A stretch of 64,000 nucleotides of DNA, taken from positions 1 through 64,000 of the IMG/VR virus record IMGVR_UViG_3300036797_000015; one strand, given 5' to 3'. Origin of the DNA: a virus (lineage: Duplodnaviria > Caudoviricetes). The notes under the pieces are model-generated. The model made no database searches and had not been told where the DNA came from. It was given only the letters and a program-made list of their open reading frames with translations. This document shows, piece after piece, positions 16,442-25,980 of the stretch. Every line of letters starts with the position of its first letter. Position 1 is the stretch's first letter. Made by a program: the position numbers and the translations under genes.

Positions 16442-16592
16442 TTCCATGAGCGGCAGTTGAATTGAGAACGCTCTGCCATAATCAAAACGCGAACTCCGTA
16501 CCGGCCTGGCGGTGAAAATCGTAAACTGCGGTAGTGTGGAAGCTAGATCTGCGCTATTGGCCCAGGACACCCAAACTTATACAGGAGTTACA

Positions 16593-16760
16593 ATGTCAAG
16601 GACAGAACCACACGAATTTGAACCAGTCATGATATGTGGTCACTGCCAGGGACTACACGAGGATTGTAAATGTGAAGATACCACGCCGGAAGAAACGGAC
16701 GAGTGCGAAGTCTGCGGACGAGTAGAAGGTGCCAGCATTCACGAGGTGGACGACGAATGA
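16593..16760 (+). CDS. Small Cys-rich acidic protein
   Basis: AGGAG SD; CGHC..C.C..CEVC. Confidence 0.7.
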   Translation: MSRTEPHEFEPVMICGHCQGLHEDCKCEDTTPEETDECEVCGRVEGASIHEVDDE

Positions 16761-17575
16761 AGTCTGTAGCCATTTTGGGATGTGGACCAGCGGGTATGAT
16801 GGCCGCACTCGCTGCGGATATGTCTGGGTGGGACTTCCGCATTTACAGCCGCAAAGTTAAGTCACCACTATACGGTGCGCAGTACTTACACAAGGAGATA
16901 CCCAAGGTTGATTGTGGGCCTCCGCATTTGGTGAAGTACGAGTTAACGGGTACGCCGGAACAGTACCGGCAAAAGGTCTATGGGCCTACCTGGGACGGTA
17001 CGGTATCGCCAGAGGATCTGTCGGATAACCATAATGCTTGGAGCCTACGCAGAGCTTACAAGCAGCTATGGCGCTGGTACAACAGCGAGATTACAGATTC
17101 GACCATTAGCCCGCTCTGGCACGACAGTGAATTCAAGCAAGACATACTACATCGAGAATATGACCTTGTTGTAAGTACGGTACCTCGCAAGATCTGGGCA
17201 GAGCCTGGCGACGTATTTGAGTCCACCAAGGTATGGGCGCTAGGCGACACCGAAAGTGATCGTGTACCATATAGCCTTAGACCGCCAATGTGGAGCGTAC
17301 ACCTTAATGGTATGCCGCAAATTTCATGGTACAGGGTAAGCAATATCTATGGTTACTGTACGGTCGAGTGGCCATACACGCAGTATAAGGCACCACAGAT
17401 GCTACAGCCTCCGCCAATATCCGGCGCTAGCATAGTGGAGAAGCCTCTGCGGCATAACAGCAAAGCCGCGAGTGACTTTATACACCTTGGACGGTACGGT
17501 GCCTGGGAGAAGGGCATACTTACCAGTGATGTATTTGACCAAGCATGGAAAGTGTTCCAGGAGGATAAGATATGA
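16757..17575 (+). CDS. FAD/NAD-dependent oxidoreductase (UDP-galactopyranose-mutase-like fold)
   Basis: VAILGCGPAG Rossmann motif, YGAQYLH, YDLVVSTVP, C-terminal LGRYGAW. Confidence 0.7.
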   Translation: MKSVAILGCGPAGMMAALAADMSGWDFRIYSRKVKSPLYGAQYLHKEIPKVDCGPPHLVKYELTGTPEQYRQKVYGPTWDGTVSPEDLSDNHNAWSLRRAYKQLWRWYNSEITDSTISPLWHDSEFKQDILHREYDLVVSTVPRKIWAEPGDVFESTKVWALGDTESDRVPYSLRPPMWSVHLNGMPQISWYRVSNIYGYCTVEWPYTQYKAPQMLQPPPISGASIVEKPLRHNSKAASDFIHLGRYGAWEKGILTSDVFDQAWKVFQEDKI

Positions 17576-17757
17576 AGCGCAAGTTGTATTTGGTAACTAC
17601 TGACAAGCATAAGAAATTTTATGTGCGCGCCAGATGGGGTGTGCAAGCCATTACTTTATGCAATAGCTTTTTGCAAACTACGATGAATCCGAGTTATGCT
17701 GGGCAATTTGCCGTAAGCGCATATAATTGGGATGACCAGGTCGTGTTGCCAGCATGA
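17572..17757 (+). CDS. Hypothetical protein
   Basis: GGAGG SD, ATGA overlaps. Confidence 0.65.
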   Translation: MKRKLYLVTTDKHKKFYVRARWGVQAITLCNSFLQTTMNPSYAGQFAVSAYNWDDQVVLPA

Positions 17758-18071
17758 GCGGCGGTAGCTACGATTACATCTGCTGGGATAGTGACTTTGA
17801 GCTCGTAGAGAAGTACAAGATGGCACAGCTTGGTTACATGGTTGATGCTCTGCGTGCAATCGACATTGACTCACTCGCCTACAAGCGAACCAAGGTGTTG
17901 TATGATCGACTACGTGAGATTGAGAACACTAGAGATGATGCTGACAGAGAACTACGAGAAGTCTGGAAAGCTGTCGAGTGGAGAGATAGCGGCGACTATG
18001 GTCCACGGCAAGCAATAGATGCGGTAAAGGAATATGAGCTTAAAGCAAGCAACAGACCACAAACAAGATAA
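17754..18071 (+). CDS. Hypothetical protein
   Basis: MSGGSYDY N-terminus; coupled. Confidence 0.75.
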   Translation: MSGGSYDYICWDSDFELVEKYKMAQLGYMVDALRAIDIDSLAYKRTKVLYDRLREIENTRDDADRELREVWKAVEWRDSGDYGPRQAIDAVKEYELKASNRPQTR

Positions 18072-18219
18072 CCTTGGCTTCTGCCCAATCAATGATGGGC
18101 CTTGCGGTAAGTGCCCCCACGACCGCTATGAGCATATATTCCATGCGGCTTTTTGCCAAGAGTGTAGAAGTTGTAATTCTTGGGAATGCGCTATCTGTGG
18201 AGGTTGTGCAGATACATGA
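18034..18219 (+). CDS. Small Cys-rich protein
   Basis: AAGGA SD; nine Cys. Confidence 0.55.
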   Translation: MSLKQATDHKQDNLGFCPINDGPCGKCPHDRYEHIFHAAFCQECRSCNSWECAICGGCADT

Positions 18220-18851
18220 AACCAGTAGTAGCAATTGACATCGATGGGACATTAGGAGATTATCATTCCCACTTTTTGCAATTCGCTAGTGGGTGGTACG
18301 GTCGGGAGATGCCTGAAGCCTCTACCATTAACCCAGGACTGCCCTTACACAAGTTCATGCGTACATCAAAAGCAACCTACCGGCAGTGTAAGCTTGCGTA
18401 TCGTCAAGGAGGACTTGAACGGTCCATGCCTGTCTACACAGGAGCTGCAGAACTTTGCCGAAGCGTGCGAAAAGCTGGCGCGGAACTATGGCTTTGTACC
18501 ACTCGGCCTTACCTTAAGCTTGACACCCAATCCCCAAATACCCGCCACTGGCTGAAACGTAACCAAATACAGTATGACCATATGCTATCGGGACCAAACA
18601 AATACCGCGACCTGGTGAAGAATGTATACCCACCACGCATAGTATGTGTACTGGATGACCTGCCGGAGATGTGCGAGCAAGCTAAGAGCCTGAACCTGCT
18701 ACCAGTGCTACGGGACCAACCATACAATAGGCACTATATGGTAGCGACTGTAGCAAATATAGAAGTATTCCGCGCAATGAATATGCGGCAAGCACAGGAG
18801 ATAATCTTGAAGAGAATACAAACATGGAAGGCTGATCATGTGGAACGATAA
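18216..18851 (+). CDS. HAD-superfamily phosphatase / 5'(3')-nucleotidase
   Basis: VAIDIDGTL (DxDGT), CTTRP, VLDDLPE. Confidence 0.85.
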   Translation: MKPVVAIDIDGTLGDYHSHFLQFASGWYGREMPEASTINPGLPLHKFMRTSKATYRQCKLAYRQGGLERSMPVYTGAAELCRSVRKAGAELWLCTTRPYLKLDTQSPNTRHWLKRNQIQYDHMLSGPNKYRDLVKNVYPPRIVCVLDDLPEMCEQAKSLNLLPVLRDQPYNRHYMVATVANIEVFRAMNMRQAQEIILKRIQTWKADHVER

Positions 18852-19410
18852 GGGTGTAGACTACCATAATCAGGTTCCTGGCGTACAACCGCACAAATAC
18901 ACGCCTAATATGGATGGCTACTGTATGGTCGGCATTGGCGGTGGTGAGATATGTGGAAATAGCGATGGATTAGCACCATACCACATACAAAAATATGATG
19001 AGCGTGGCTATCCTGGGCTTGCTAAGGCAATAAGTGGATCTGTTGCGGGCGTACCACCGTATGAGCCAAAGCCATTGCCTGAAGGCCAAATTCGCGTACA
19101 GTCCGTGGACGACGTTGTGGCCGGGTGTATACGCCTAGAGATAGATGGAGCTATCTCAGAGGATGCGCGCCGAATTGTACTGGAAGTTCTCCCGGCTACC
19201 CTAGAGCTATTCCTGCGCAAAAACGCCGAATATGGTGTAGACGAGTTCAGCCTAGGACCCAAAGCCGAATTTGTCCGTATATGGAACAAAGTCCGCAAAT
19301 TAAAGGCTGGATTGTGGGATAGCCAGGAGCTTGAATTTGAGCAGGTTAGTGAGATTCTTGATGATCTTATCGGCCATTTACTACTAGCCCGGTTAGGGCT
19401 AATGGGGTAA
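18838..19410 (+). CDS. Protein with C-terminal DUF1599 (nucleotide-modification-associated)-like domain
   Basis: FLRKNAEYG...VRIWNKVRKLK...ILDDLIGH. Confidence 0.65.
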   Translation: MWNDKGVDYHNQVPGVQPHKYTPNMDGYCMVGIGGGEICGNSDGLAPYHIQKYDERGYPGLAKAISGSVAGVPPYEPKPLPEGQIRVQSVDDVVAGCIRLEIDGAISEDARRIVLEVLPATLELFLRKNAEYGVDEFSLGPKAEFVRIWNKVRKLKAGLWDSQELEFEQVSEILDDLIGHLLLARLGLMG

Positions 19411-19420
19411 AGTAGTTACT

Positions 19421-20350
19421 ATGGGAAGTATGACATATGTGTCGCTTCACCACCATACTACCTTCAGCTATGGTGACGGTTATGACTTGCCTAAGAACCA
19501 CGTTGAGTTCTGTGAAAATGCGGGAATGACCGCGATGGCCGTAACCGAGCACGGTAACACTAGCTCGCACCCAGCATTGGAGAAGGCTTGTGAGGGAACC
19601 AAAGTCAAACCCATCTTTGGCTTGGAGGGATATATCGCACCCCCAGGGGAGAAGCGAAAGTGCCACCAGACAATCTTGGCCATGGACCAAATTGGCTACC
19701 AGAACCTTAACAGACTCGTTTCCCAAAGCTGGAGAGACTTCTATCAATGGCCGACGATACACCTAGATCAATTGGAGAAGTACAGTGAAGGACTCATTGT
19801 GCTTAGCGGATGCGCAGATTCCCAACTATCGTGTACGCTGTTGGGTGGCAAGTATTACGGAGACAAAAGAGACAGTTTCTCAACTGCCGACTTTGCCAAT
19901 TCCGTTAGGCTTGTGGAATGGTACAAGAGTGTTTTTGGCGACAGATTCTATCTTGAGTGCCAGAGATTTCCTGGTCTTGGTAGGACTTGTGCGCTCAATC
20001 CGGCATTCGAGAAGCTGGGCCGAGAGTGCGGAGTTGGGCTTGCTGCTACGAGCGATTGTCATTATGTCTTTGCTAGAGACAACGAGATGCAAAAGATTCT
20101 TCATGCGGCTCATCGTGGTTCTAGCGTTGACGCAGTCGCTGCGTCGTGGGAGTACGGAATCACCCTCAACATACCGGATTCCGACGAGCGCGTAATTGAC
20201 GACCTGAAACAGACCGGGCTATCGGACGATGGCGCATACGCAGCATGGATAAATACGAGCCTCATCGCTAATCGTTGTAATGTGAAGCTGCCTAAGGTAG
20301 AGCCAATCAAGTACCGCATTGATGAAAAGGACTTTGCCCCATGGGTATAG
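19421..20350 (+). CDS. dnaE: DnaE-like DNA polymerase III alpha, PHP domain (N-terminal part, separate gene)
   Basis: LHHHTTFSYGDG, TEHGN, GLEGY, SDCHY metal ligands; ends at the PHP/palm boundary. Confidence 0.9.
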   Translation: MGSMTYVSLHHHTTFSYGDGYDLPKNHVEFCENAGMTAMAVTEHGNTSSHPALEKACEGTKVKPIFGLEGYIAPPGEKRKCHQTILAMDQIGYQNLNRLVSQSWRDFYQWPTIHLDQLEKYSEGLIVLSGCADSQLSCTLLGGKYYGDKRDSFSTADFANSVRLVEWYKSVFGDRFYLECQRFPGLGRTCALNPAFEKLGRECGVGLAATSDCHYVFARDNEMQKILHAAHRGSSVDAVAASWEYGITLNIPDSDERVIDDLKQTGLSDDGAYAAWINTSLIANRCNVKLPKVEPIKYRIDEKDFAPWV

Positions 20351-20466
20351 CAATTTGGATTATCGCGGTATGTTGTATTGTTGACACATTCATGAAGTTT
20401 GACCATTGGGTGTTGCCTATTTGGCAAGCTTACAAGCGTCGCAGGTGGCTCAAGCATGGCAAATAA
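20341..20466 (+). CDS. Small membrane peptide (41 aa, not in ORF track)
   Basis: MGIAIWIIAVCCIVDTFMKFDHWVLPIWQAYKRRRWLKHGK; overlaps both neighbours. Confidence 0.55.
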   Translation: MGIAIWIIAVCCIVDTFMKFDHWVLPIWQAYKRRRWLKHGK

Positions 20467-20647
20467 GCATGAGCTAGCGGATGATGCCACGATTCGCTCT
20501 GGCAACGTATACATCGATGTTTGCAATATTTGTAACCAAAGACCATCTGTACACTTTGATGACTTCTACGGGTACCATTGTAACTTGTGCCACTTTAAGC
20601 ACCCGATGCGACGCACTACAAGCCCGTGGACAGGTGCACCATTATGA
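20456..20647 (+). CDS. Small zinc-finger protein (63 aa)
   Basis: CNIC...CNLC; ATGA-coupled to the dnaE C-terminal part. Confidence 0.65.
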   Translation: MANKHELADDATIRSGNVYIDVCNICNQRPSVHFDDFYGYHCNLCHFKHPMRRTTSPWTGAPL

Positions 20648-22995
20648 CAGCTCCGCAGAAGGATGATGTTGCGGCCAGAGTTGCTAAGCTAGTCGGCGCA
20701 TACTCGACTGGCTCTGAGCAGATTCGACTTGGCAAGTCGAGTCCTGAGGCTATAGCACTGTTGCGGAAATGGCTTAACTTTGGTTGGGATTTCCGCATCA
20801 AGCGCACTAGGAACGCAAACCTAATCAAAAACAAGCAGGAGTATATCAATCGTGTCGAATCTGAACTTGAGCTTATCATCAGTAAAGGCTTTGTTGACTA
20901 CTTCCTCGTCACCTCTGATATTGTGCGTTGGGCGAAGGATAACAAAATTCCTGTTGGACCAGCACGCGGATCTGCAGCCGCGAGCGTCGTGTGCTATTTG
21001 CTCAGGATCACAGAAGTGGATCCAATTCAGCACCCAAACATGCTCTTTGAGCGTTTCATCGACCCGACACGCGAAGAATTGCCCGATATTGACCTCGACT
21101 TTGACGACGAGCAACGGTACAAAGTTTTTCGTTATGCGGCACAAAAGTATGGTGTGGACAATGTCGGACATATTGGGAACTTCACACGATACCGAGGGAA
21201 GAACAGTCTAGATGATGTTGCTAGGGTATACCACATCCCGAAGTGGGAGGTTGAAACTGTCAAAGGCCTCATTATTGAGCGAAGCGGTGGTGACTCCCGC
21301 ATCTCAGATTCGCTTGAGGACACTTTCATTACCTTTCAGAAGGCGCAAGATGTACTTGACAGGCATCCTGACTTGGCGAATGCGGTTCGGCTTGAAGGCA
21401 ATTACCGTGGGATGGGCGTACACGCCGCGGGATTGGTTATCGCTAACGCACCTATCAATGATTACTGTGCAACGTACACCCGTGAAGTCGCAGGGCGTCC
21501 GACGAGTGTCGTGGCTTATGACAAGAAAGATGCAGCATATCTAGGCTTCCTGAAGCAGGACATACTCGGCCTTGCGACTATGGGTATGGTCGGCCACGCA
21601 CTGCGAATGATAGGGATGGACCTTGAAGACCTTTACCGGGTTCCACTTACAGACCCGAAAACTCTGGCAGCTTTCAGACGTAACGATGTTATCGGAATCT
21701 TTCAGTTTGAGGGGCGAGCCACGAGGCTTGTCTGTCGTGATGTCGTACCCGACCACTTCCAACACCTCGCAGATATCAATGCTTTGTCTAGACCTGGGCC
21801 ACTCTTCTCTGGTATGGCAGCAGCATACGTTGATGTTAAACATAGCAGGAAAGAAATTGAACATTATCACCCCATCGTGGATGAGTACACTGCTGGGACG
21901 TATGGCCAGATTATATATCAGGAGCAGGTGCTACGAATAATCCGCGAGCTTGGCGGGTTCCCCATGACCAAAGTCCATGCTATCCGCCAGATTATCTCGC
22001 AGAAGCTTGGTGAGGCCCAATTTGATAGCATGTACAAGGAGTTTGAGGAAAACGCATGTGCGAAGCACGGTTGTACTCCACAGCAAGCTCGCCGCATTTG
22101 GAGGTTCATGGCGACAAGTGCGACATACAGCTTCAATATTGCCCATTGTATCTCTTACTCGATGCTGGCATTTTGGCAAATGTGGTTGAAGCAACACCAC
22201 CCCACTGCCTTCTACGCCGCAGCGTTACGTAAGACACCTGAAGACAAGAAGACAAATCATGCCAGAAGGAATCGACTGCTTAAAGACGCCAAAAGGCATT
22301 CCGTTGAGGTGGTACCACCTGACATCCTATGGAGCGAAGCAAATTGGTCTGTCACCGACGACGGTCGTGTGTGTGCCGGGTTTCGACAGATTCCTGGTAT
22401 CGGGCCAGCTATGTCAAATGCAATATTGGATTACTTGGATTCCAAAGACTGGGAGGCCGATCCTGCTTGGGAAGACCTCATTAACATTAAAGGCATCGGC
22501 CCCAAGACACTTGAGCGAATAACCACTTTCGCTATGGACCCAGACCCGTTTAGCCTGGATCTGATCACAAACATGATGAAGGATTTGCGGGCTAATTTGC
22601 GGCCGGGGAACCCATACTACCTGCCTACGCCAACGCATACATCTGACACGTTACCCAGGGAGGGGAAGCATAACGTAACCTGGTGTGGTATCCCGATGAT
22701 TCGTGAGTACAAGGATCTAATTGAGGATGAGCGAGCCAGGACCGGCTTAAGCGTTGAGGAGATTCTTGAAAACACCAAAGACCCGCACCTGTTGAAGTCG
22801 TGCGTGTTGAAGTGTATAGATGATGGCGATGAGGAAGTGTACATACGGTTTAACCGTTGGTACTTCCCCAATTTCGCTGACAAAATAGAAAGTCTGCGCC
22901 TAGGTGGAGCAGATGCCGTAATTGTTGAAGGGATAAAGCGTGAAGGCTTTGGGGTTAGCATACAGGCACGCGACTTGTGGGCAGTTGAGCTATGA
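20644..22995 (+). CDS. dnaE: DnaE-like DNA polymerase III alpha, catalytic part
   Basis: GPARGSAAAS, FERF, LPDIDLDFD catalytic aspartates, VHAAG, KQDILGL, RPGP, IIYQEQ, YSFNIAH. Confidence 0.95.
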   Translation: MTAPQKDDVAARVAKLVGAYSTGSEQIRLGKSSPEAIALLRKWLNFGWDFRIKRTRNANLIKNKQEYINRVESELELIISKGFVDYFLVTSDIVRWAKDNKIPVGPARGSAAASVVCYLLRITEVDPIQHPNMLFERFIDPTREELPDIDLDFDDEQRYKVFRYAAQKYGVDNVGHIGNFTRYRGKNSLDDVARVYHIPKWEVETVKGLIIERSGGDSRISDSLEDTFITFQKAQDVLDRHPDLANAVRLEGNYRGMGVHAAGLVIANAPINDYCATYTREVAGRPTSVVAYDKKDAAYLGFLKQDILGLATMGMVGHALRMIGMDLEDLYRVPLTDPKTLAAFRRNDVIGIFQFEGRATRLVCRDVVPDHFQHLADINALSRPGPLFSGMAAAYVDVKHSRKEIEHYHPIVDEYTAGTYGQIIYQEQVLRIIRELGGFPMTKVHAIRQIISQKLGEAQFDSMYKEFEENACAKHGCTPQQARRIWRFMATSATYSFNIAHCISYSMLAFWQMWLKQHHPTAFYAAALRKTPEDKKTNHARRNRLLKDAKRHSVEVVPPDILWSEANWSVTDDGRVCAGFRQIPGIGPAMSNAILDYLDSKDWEADPAWEDLINIKGIGPKTLERITTFAMDPDPFSLDLITNMMKDLRANLRPGNPYYLPTPTHTSDTLPREGKHNVTWCGIPMIREYKDLIEDERARTGLSVEEILENTKDPHLLKSCVLKCIDDGDEEVYIRFNRWYFPNFADKIESLRLGGADAVIVEGIKREGFGVSIQARDLWAVEL

Positions 22996-23270
22996 GTAAC
23001 CCAGCAGAACGCGCCGCGGACGAGCAGCAGAAGCGCGACCTTGCCAAGAAAGCTGGCGGGTTTATGGATGCGTTCAAGAAGGCACCGCCGTTTATGTCGG
23101 TGTCTGAGTCACTTAAGGCTTCCGGTGTGAACTATAGAGTCATGCCGGTGATGGTAGGCGACCAGACCGAGGAATGCTTGGTCGTTATCATGAATGAGAT
23201 GATCGCCGGAGAATGGCGACATATGACCGGAGGAATCGAATATGACGGACTCAGACGAGTCGATGAGTGA
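22992..23270 (+). CDS. Hypothetical protein
   Basis: ATGA overlap. Confidence 0.7.
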   Translation: MSNPAERAADEQQKRDLAKKAGGFMDAFKKAPPFMSVSESLKASGVNYRVMPVMVGDQTEECLVVIMNEMIAGEWRHMTGGIEYDGLRRVDE

Positions 23271-24204
23271 ACCAATACAGGCTTTTATCAGCCGATCTTT
23301 AAGGGATAAGCGCACGGAAGGCATCACGAAGGATGTGGCATTTAACCGCAAGTCATTCGATGATGGCTATCCACGCAATCCCAAGGATAACCAAACGGTT
23401 CAGGTCGGAACTGATGGCATCGAAGTCAAGCTGGTACAAGGCATCAACGAAGGACAGCTTCAGACTACACTTTCGAGAGCAATTAACGCCACCATCGGGG
23501 TGGATCTACATAACCCGCCTGCCGAAGCAGACTGGGAAGAGATGCTCCAGGGTGGCCTTCAAACTGCGCTGGAGACACAGGTTATTGTCTTTGAAGTCTC
23601 CGGTGTTTCCCGCACTTGTACGCACCAACTGGTTCGTTCACGTCGCGCTGCGTTTCACCAGCAATCTCAACGGGCACATTACTATGGTGACCATCCCGAG
23701 GTCAGGTGTCCGGAATCGGTTTGGGCTAACGATAGAGCGCGAGAAGCGTATCTGAAGGCAGTAGAGGCTAGTTGGGATGCTTACCGAATCGCATGTGAAG
23801 AGAATGTGAGCTACCAAGATGCTAGGTACACTTTGCCAGAGGCCACCACAAACTACATACTCTGCGAGTACACTATTCGGGAGTTCTTGGACGTTTACGC
23901 TTACCGTGCCTGTTCAATGTTCTCCTGGGAAATTGTATCAGTCATGCGAGCTATGGGCGCAGCTCTTACAGATGCCCACCCGTGGATGAAGAAGTATGTC
24001 AAGATCAGCTGCGAGAAAACTAGCGGTGCTGTTGATCTGGGCAAACTCGGTATGATGGCTGATGCAAGCGTGCCAGAGAATGGATATGCCCACGCGTGTA
24101 CGTTCCAGGGCTGGGAGGAAGTGGACGGACAATGCGACTTCCCGTGGGCCAGGGAGAGCAATCGCACGTTCAGGAGTAAGCAGCATGCTATCAAGCAGAA
24201 ATGA
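23242..24204 (+). CDS. thyX: ThyX-like flavin-dependent thymidylate synthase
   Basis: GGAGG SD; FEVSGVSRTCTHQLVRSRRAAFHQQSQR, QDARYTLP, YRAC. Confidence 0.85.
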   Translation: MTDSDESMSEPIQAFISRSLRDKRTEGITKDVAFNRKSFDDGYPRNPKDNQTVQVGTDGIEVKLVQGINEGQLQTTLSRAINATIGVDLHNPPAEADWEEMLQGGLQTALETQVIVFEVSGVSRTCTHQLVRSRRAAFHQQSQRAHYYGDHPEVRCPESVWANDRAREAYLKAVEASWDAYRIACEENVSYQDARYTLPEATTNYILCEYTIREFLDVYAYRACSMFSWEIVSVMRAMGAALTDAHPWMKKYVKISCEKTSGAVDLGKLGMMADASVPENGYAHACTFQGWEEVDGQCDFPWARESNRTFRSKQHAIKQK

Positions 24205-24383
24205 CATTCGTGATAAGCCAAGGACGGGAGTGCCCAGAGTGTGGCAGGATATTTGTACTTGAACATGCCAAATTTCCTGCCCACTTCAAGAATGCAAAGG
24301 TAAAGGAATGGTGTGGCCTATCGAAGAAGCATTACCCAAACATAGTCAAATACAGTAGGTATAACAAGCAACGTTACAAATAA
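24201..24383 (+). CDS. Small zinc-finger protein
   Basis: CPECG...HF...C. Confidence 0.6.
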   Translation: MTFVISQGRECPECGRIFVLEHAKFPAHFKNAKVKEWCGLSKKHYPNIVKYSRYNKQRYK

Positions 24384-24435
24384 ATCCTTGGCAGGTGCGC
24401 CTTGAATCTGTAGAGCCAGATTGGAGGTGCTGAAA

Positions 24436-25113
24436 GTGACGGCGGTGAAACAACGTGGTATTACTACAATTGATATCAGCAGGAATAGACGACGGAGGCG
24501 TGGGTACGTAAGAGATGAAGAAATCACCTACAGAGATGCAACAGTTATCGCCGTCGACCCTGGAGGGACCACTGGTTGGAGCCTTATCCAGGTACCTCCA
24601 GAAGCATTATGTGAACCCGATGTCCCCATCCTGGCAAACATTTGGCAGTTCCAACATGGACAGGTTGATTGCGGCGTCCACAGAGGAAATCTGGCAACCA
24701 GTCTCCACCCAGGGATTAGTACAGAAGGAGAATTTTCAGGTATTTATGACCTTGTTGCATTTATTACCTCATGGCCATCTTCGGCCGTGGTTATTGAGGA
24801 CTTTGCCCTCAGACAACTTAGAATGGACCGTGATCTGCTTAGTCCTGTGCGGGTCACCGCCGCAATTGGTTATGAGCTATGGAAAAACGGGCGCGACTAC
24901 CACGTTCAAACTCCGACCGACGCTAAACGTGTCTGTACCGATGAACGTCTGAAGGAGTGGAACATGTACGATAGGACTGGCGGCCTTCAGCACGCTAGGG
25001 ATGCCGATAGACACGCGATACTATTCCTGCGGAAAGCTAAGGCAAAAGCGTCCTTTAGAGCTCAGGCCTGGCCGCATCTTTTCTCAGAGCGTGGGGCTTA
25101 CTATAATGGCTAG
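24436..25113 (+). CDS. RuvC-like Holliday junction resolvase
   Basis: VIAVDPGGTTG, VVIEDF, HARDADRH; GGAGG SD before GTG 24436. Confidence 0.85.
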   Translation: MTAVKQRGITTIDISRNRRRRRGYVRDEEITYRDATVIAVDPGGTTGWSLIQVPPEALCEPDVPILANIWQFQHGQVDCGVHRGNLATSLHPGISTEGEFSGIYDLVAFITSWPSSAVVIEDFALRQLRMDRDLLSPVRVTAAIGYELWKNGRDYHVQTPTDAKRVCTDERLKEWNMYDRTGGLQHARDADRHAILFLRKAKAKASFRAQAWPHLFSERGAYYNG

Positions 25114-25405
25114 GAGTAACAAACACGCTCTAGCTGGTTACGCTATTGGTGGAGTCCACAAACGCATTAGAAGAATAAGGGGCCGCTCCAAATCCTACAA
25201 ATGTGTAGATTGTGGTAATCAAGCGTGTGATTGGTCATGGATACATAACACCGATCCACTAGACATATTTAACTATGAGCCTAGGTGTAAGAGCTGCCAT
25301 CAAAAGTACGACAGGTTCGGATTCTTACCTGGGCATAGTAAAAACAAAGGCACTACCGCTTGGATAAATCGACGTCGTGATGCACTTGGTAGATTCACCT
25401 CATGA
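25106..25405 (+). CDS. HNH-type endonuclease with C-terminal RDxxGRF motif
   Basis: CVDCG...DWSWIH...YEPRCKSCHQKYD; ends RRRDALGRFTS. Confidence 0.75.
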   Translation: MARSNKHALAGYAIGGVHKRIRRIRGRSKSYKCVDCGNQACDWSWIHNTDPLDIFNYEPRCKSCHQKYDRFGFLPGHSKNKGTTAWINRRRDALGRFTS

Positions 25406-25980
25406 ACCGACATGCCTTCAGTCAGAAATGTATACCGGGTTGTACTTGTGGTAGACACAATCGACCTAAATATGGGTCGAACACTACAGAGTGCGAGGCT
25501 TGCGGTACCAAGGAAGGCCCATTCGTCCAAGGCTACTGTCCCAAGCACTACCAGCGCTTTAGGCGTACCGGCGACCCATTCGGTGATGGTAGACGCTTCA
25601 ACAGTGTAGAGAATACCCGTAACTTCTGGTGTGTCTGCTCGCATTATAGTGACGACCACAAAGGCGAGAAACGGACAGGTTCGTGCAGGGTAAAGGGTTG
25701 TGATTGCAAGAAGCCAACTAAGGTCAATTTGGAGTACCTTAATGACTGTATGCGGAAGATCAAAGGTCTGGGATTCTTCAACCATACGGCTAAGTTAGCA
25801 ACTTGCTCGCAATGCCTTGAGCCCATACAGATTGGTAGGTGGCACGAACCAGAGACAATCAAACGCGCCTTGTTACATAGACGACGAGATTGCCCCGGGC
25901 TGCGTAAGGCTAGAGCGGAAAACAGTAGCCCGAACCGGACTAATGGAGTAGACTACGATTATGGCCAAATACGGCACTGA
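25402..25980 (+). CDS. Cys/His-rich multi-zinc-finger protein
   Basis: CxxGCxC, CxxC, CPKHYQRFRRTGDP, CxCxH, CxxC motifs. Confidence 0.65.
   Translation: MNRHAFSQKCIPGCTCGRHNRPKYGSNTTECEACGTKEGPFVQGYCPKHYQRFRRTGDPFGDGRRFNSVENTRNFWCVCSHYSDDHKGEKRTGSCRVKGCDCKKPTKVNLEYLNDCMRKIKGLGFFNHTAKLATCSQCLEPIQIGRWHEPETIKRALLHRRRDCPGLRKARAENSSPNRTNGVDYDYGQIRH

Noticed and set aside
20350-20644. Intein, intron or frameshift error splitting dnaE
   Set aside because: No intein terminal motifs; the gap is fully occupied by two coupled small ORFs
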